Below, in pieces: positions 63,103 to 64,000 of a stretch of DNA of 64,000 nt. A model generated the notes under the pieces. It had not been told where the DNA came from, did no database searches, and worked only from the letters and a program-made list of their open reading frames with translations. The stretch comes from Limisphaerales bacterium (GTDB lineage Bacteria; Verrucomicrobiota; Verrucomicrobiia; Limisphaerales; AAA164-E04). Where the stretch lies: the NCBI GenBank assembly GCA_965227305.1, contig OZ245740.1, forward strand, positions 9,302,512 through 9,366,511, written 5' to 3'. Made by a program: the position numbers and the translations under genes. Within the stretch, counting starts at the first letter, position 1; each line of letters starts with the position of its first letter.

Positions 63103-63666
63103 ATGAGATTTGTTCTTAAGAGTTTTTCGCTGAATCTCCCCGGCGGTCTTGGGGGTGTCGGACTGGATTTGAGTGAAGCGGCGGAACGGGCTGCCTGGGC
63201 GCTTTACGTGGAGCTGGGCACGCGCGTTTCCACCCAGGAACTGACGCCGGGTAAGGGTTCGGTAAGGGAGGCGCTTAGTTCGTTGCACGCTTTATTCGGT
63301 TTGGTACGGGGCATTCTTCGGGATGGGGGGGTGGATGTTTGTCGATCCGGTGAGAACCGTGAATCTGTCGGGACGGTTGCGATGCGGCTGCTCAATGAAG
63401 TGATCCGACCGCGATTGGTGGTGTGGCACACGAGCTTGTGTCACTACGAGGCCAAGGTGTGGCAAGGCATGGTAGAAGAAGGGAAATGTCTTCCAGGGTC
63501 TCGCGAGCTAGCCGGGGCCTTGGTGGATGAAGGTTCGTGGCCCGGTCATGACGAGTTCTATGTAGAACTCAATGAACTGAATGCCAAAGTTGTAGCCTAC
63601 ATCGAAACGTTCGGAGCCCTTGCGGGCGTTGTGGAATCAAGACACGTGGAGCCGATCGGATCGTAA
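63103..63666 (+). CDS. unknown ~187-aa helical protein, paralog B
   Basis: Starts 55 nt after the metzincin-like gene and is colinear with the 56854..57348 product (see that entry). Confidence 0.65.
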   Translation: MRFVLKSFSLNLPGGLGGVGLDLSEAAERAAWALYVELGTRVSTQELTPGKGSVREALSSLHALFGLVRGILRDGGVDVCRSGENRESVGTVAMRLLNEVIRPRLVVWHTSLCHYEAKVWQGMVEEGKCLPGSRELAGALVDEGSWPGHDEFYVELNELNAKVVAYIETFGALAGVVESRHVEPIGS

Positions 63667-63842
63667 GGCAAAGCTGTGTCAATGGGCTCTTGTCGAATCA
63701 TGAGATTTCGGGCCGGACAGCGTTTGAGTATCGGAGGGAAGACCCTTGATTTCGAATCCAGTTCTCAAGAGTCTGCAACCTTCACGAGCGCTATTCGTAA
63801 TCATTGTATGTGAAACGCGAAATAGAAGGTGAAACACAGACG

Positions 63843-64000
63843 ATGGACGCTGTTGTCAAAGGGCCCTTGGGGGTTATCTTATGCCGTCATCAAGCGGATC
63901 ACTCGTTGGCACCGTTTTTGGAGGCTGCCGAAGCCGTTTTGACAGGGGAGGATGGGGTTGAGAATTACTATGTTCGGTCGCAGCAGGCCTTGCCGGTCCC
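63843..64000 (+). CDS. 5' part of an unidentified ORF running off the window
   Basis: ATG at 63843 preceded by AAGGTG; the frame stays open to nt 64000 (MDAVVKGPLGVILCRHQADHSLAPFLEAAEAVLTG...). There is no homology recognition. Confidence 0.3.
   Translation, partial: MDAVVKGPLGVILCRHQADHSLAPFLEAAEAVLTGEDGVENYYVRSQQALPV

Noticed and set aside
63682-63813. A 43-codon ORF (MGSCRIMRFRAGQRLSIGGKTLDFESSSQESATFTSAIRNHCM) after paralog B.
   Set aside because: It has no RBS-like sequence, no recognisable motif and no supporting context, so it is left unannotated.

Overview
This is a 64-kb GC-rich chromosomal segment. Its gene content looks like a PVC-superphylum bacterium (Verrucomicrobiota/Planctomycetota-like): PEP-CTERM proteins, prepilin-like H-x9-DG proteins, a Cys-type sulfatase, and an ECF sigma factor next to a Ser/Thr kinase. 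About 45 protein-coding genes are supportable. I saw no rRNA, tRNA or CRISPR array.

Housekeeping blocks:
- alanine dehydrogenase
- a ferredoxin plus sulfite/nitrite reductase packed directly onto the aceE-aceF-lpdA pyruvate dehydrogenase genes
- PEP carboxylase
- a carB gene encoding only the N-terminal half

Unusual content:
1. A 286-aa protein translationally coupled to a B12-type radical SAM enzyme at 21.9-24.7 kb, a candidate RiPP-like pair.
2. A divergent five-gene island at 56.9-63.7 kb, sitting beside an ECF sigma / kinase-WD40 pair. It holds a Ser/Thr/Pro tandem-repeat mini-protein, a three-module glycosyltransferase fusion, a signal-less metzincin-motif protein, and two inverted paralogs of an unknown ~170-aa protein.
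3. An ABC-HlyD-TolC operon whose ABC ATPase motifs are all degenerate.
4. A BCCP-like protein lacking the canonical AMK biotinyl-lysine, located behind the half-size carB.
5. A REP-like repeat family, plus two copies of a ~180-bp hairpin element apparently inserted into that REP.
6. Clear operator arrays for a BlaI/BlaR1-like pair and for a Cys-rich HTH regulator.

All functional calls come from motif recognition by eye and need HMM/BLAST confirmation.
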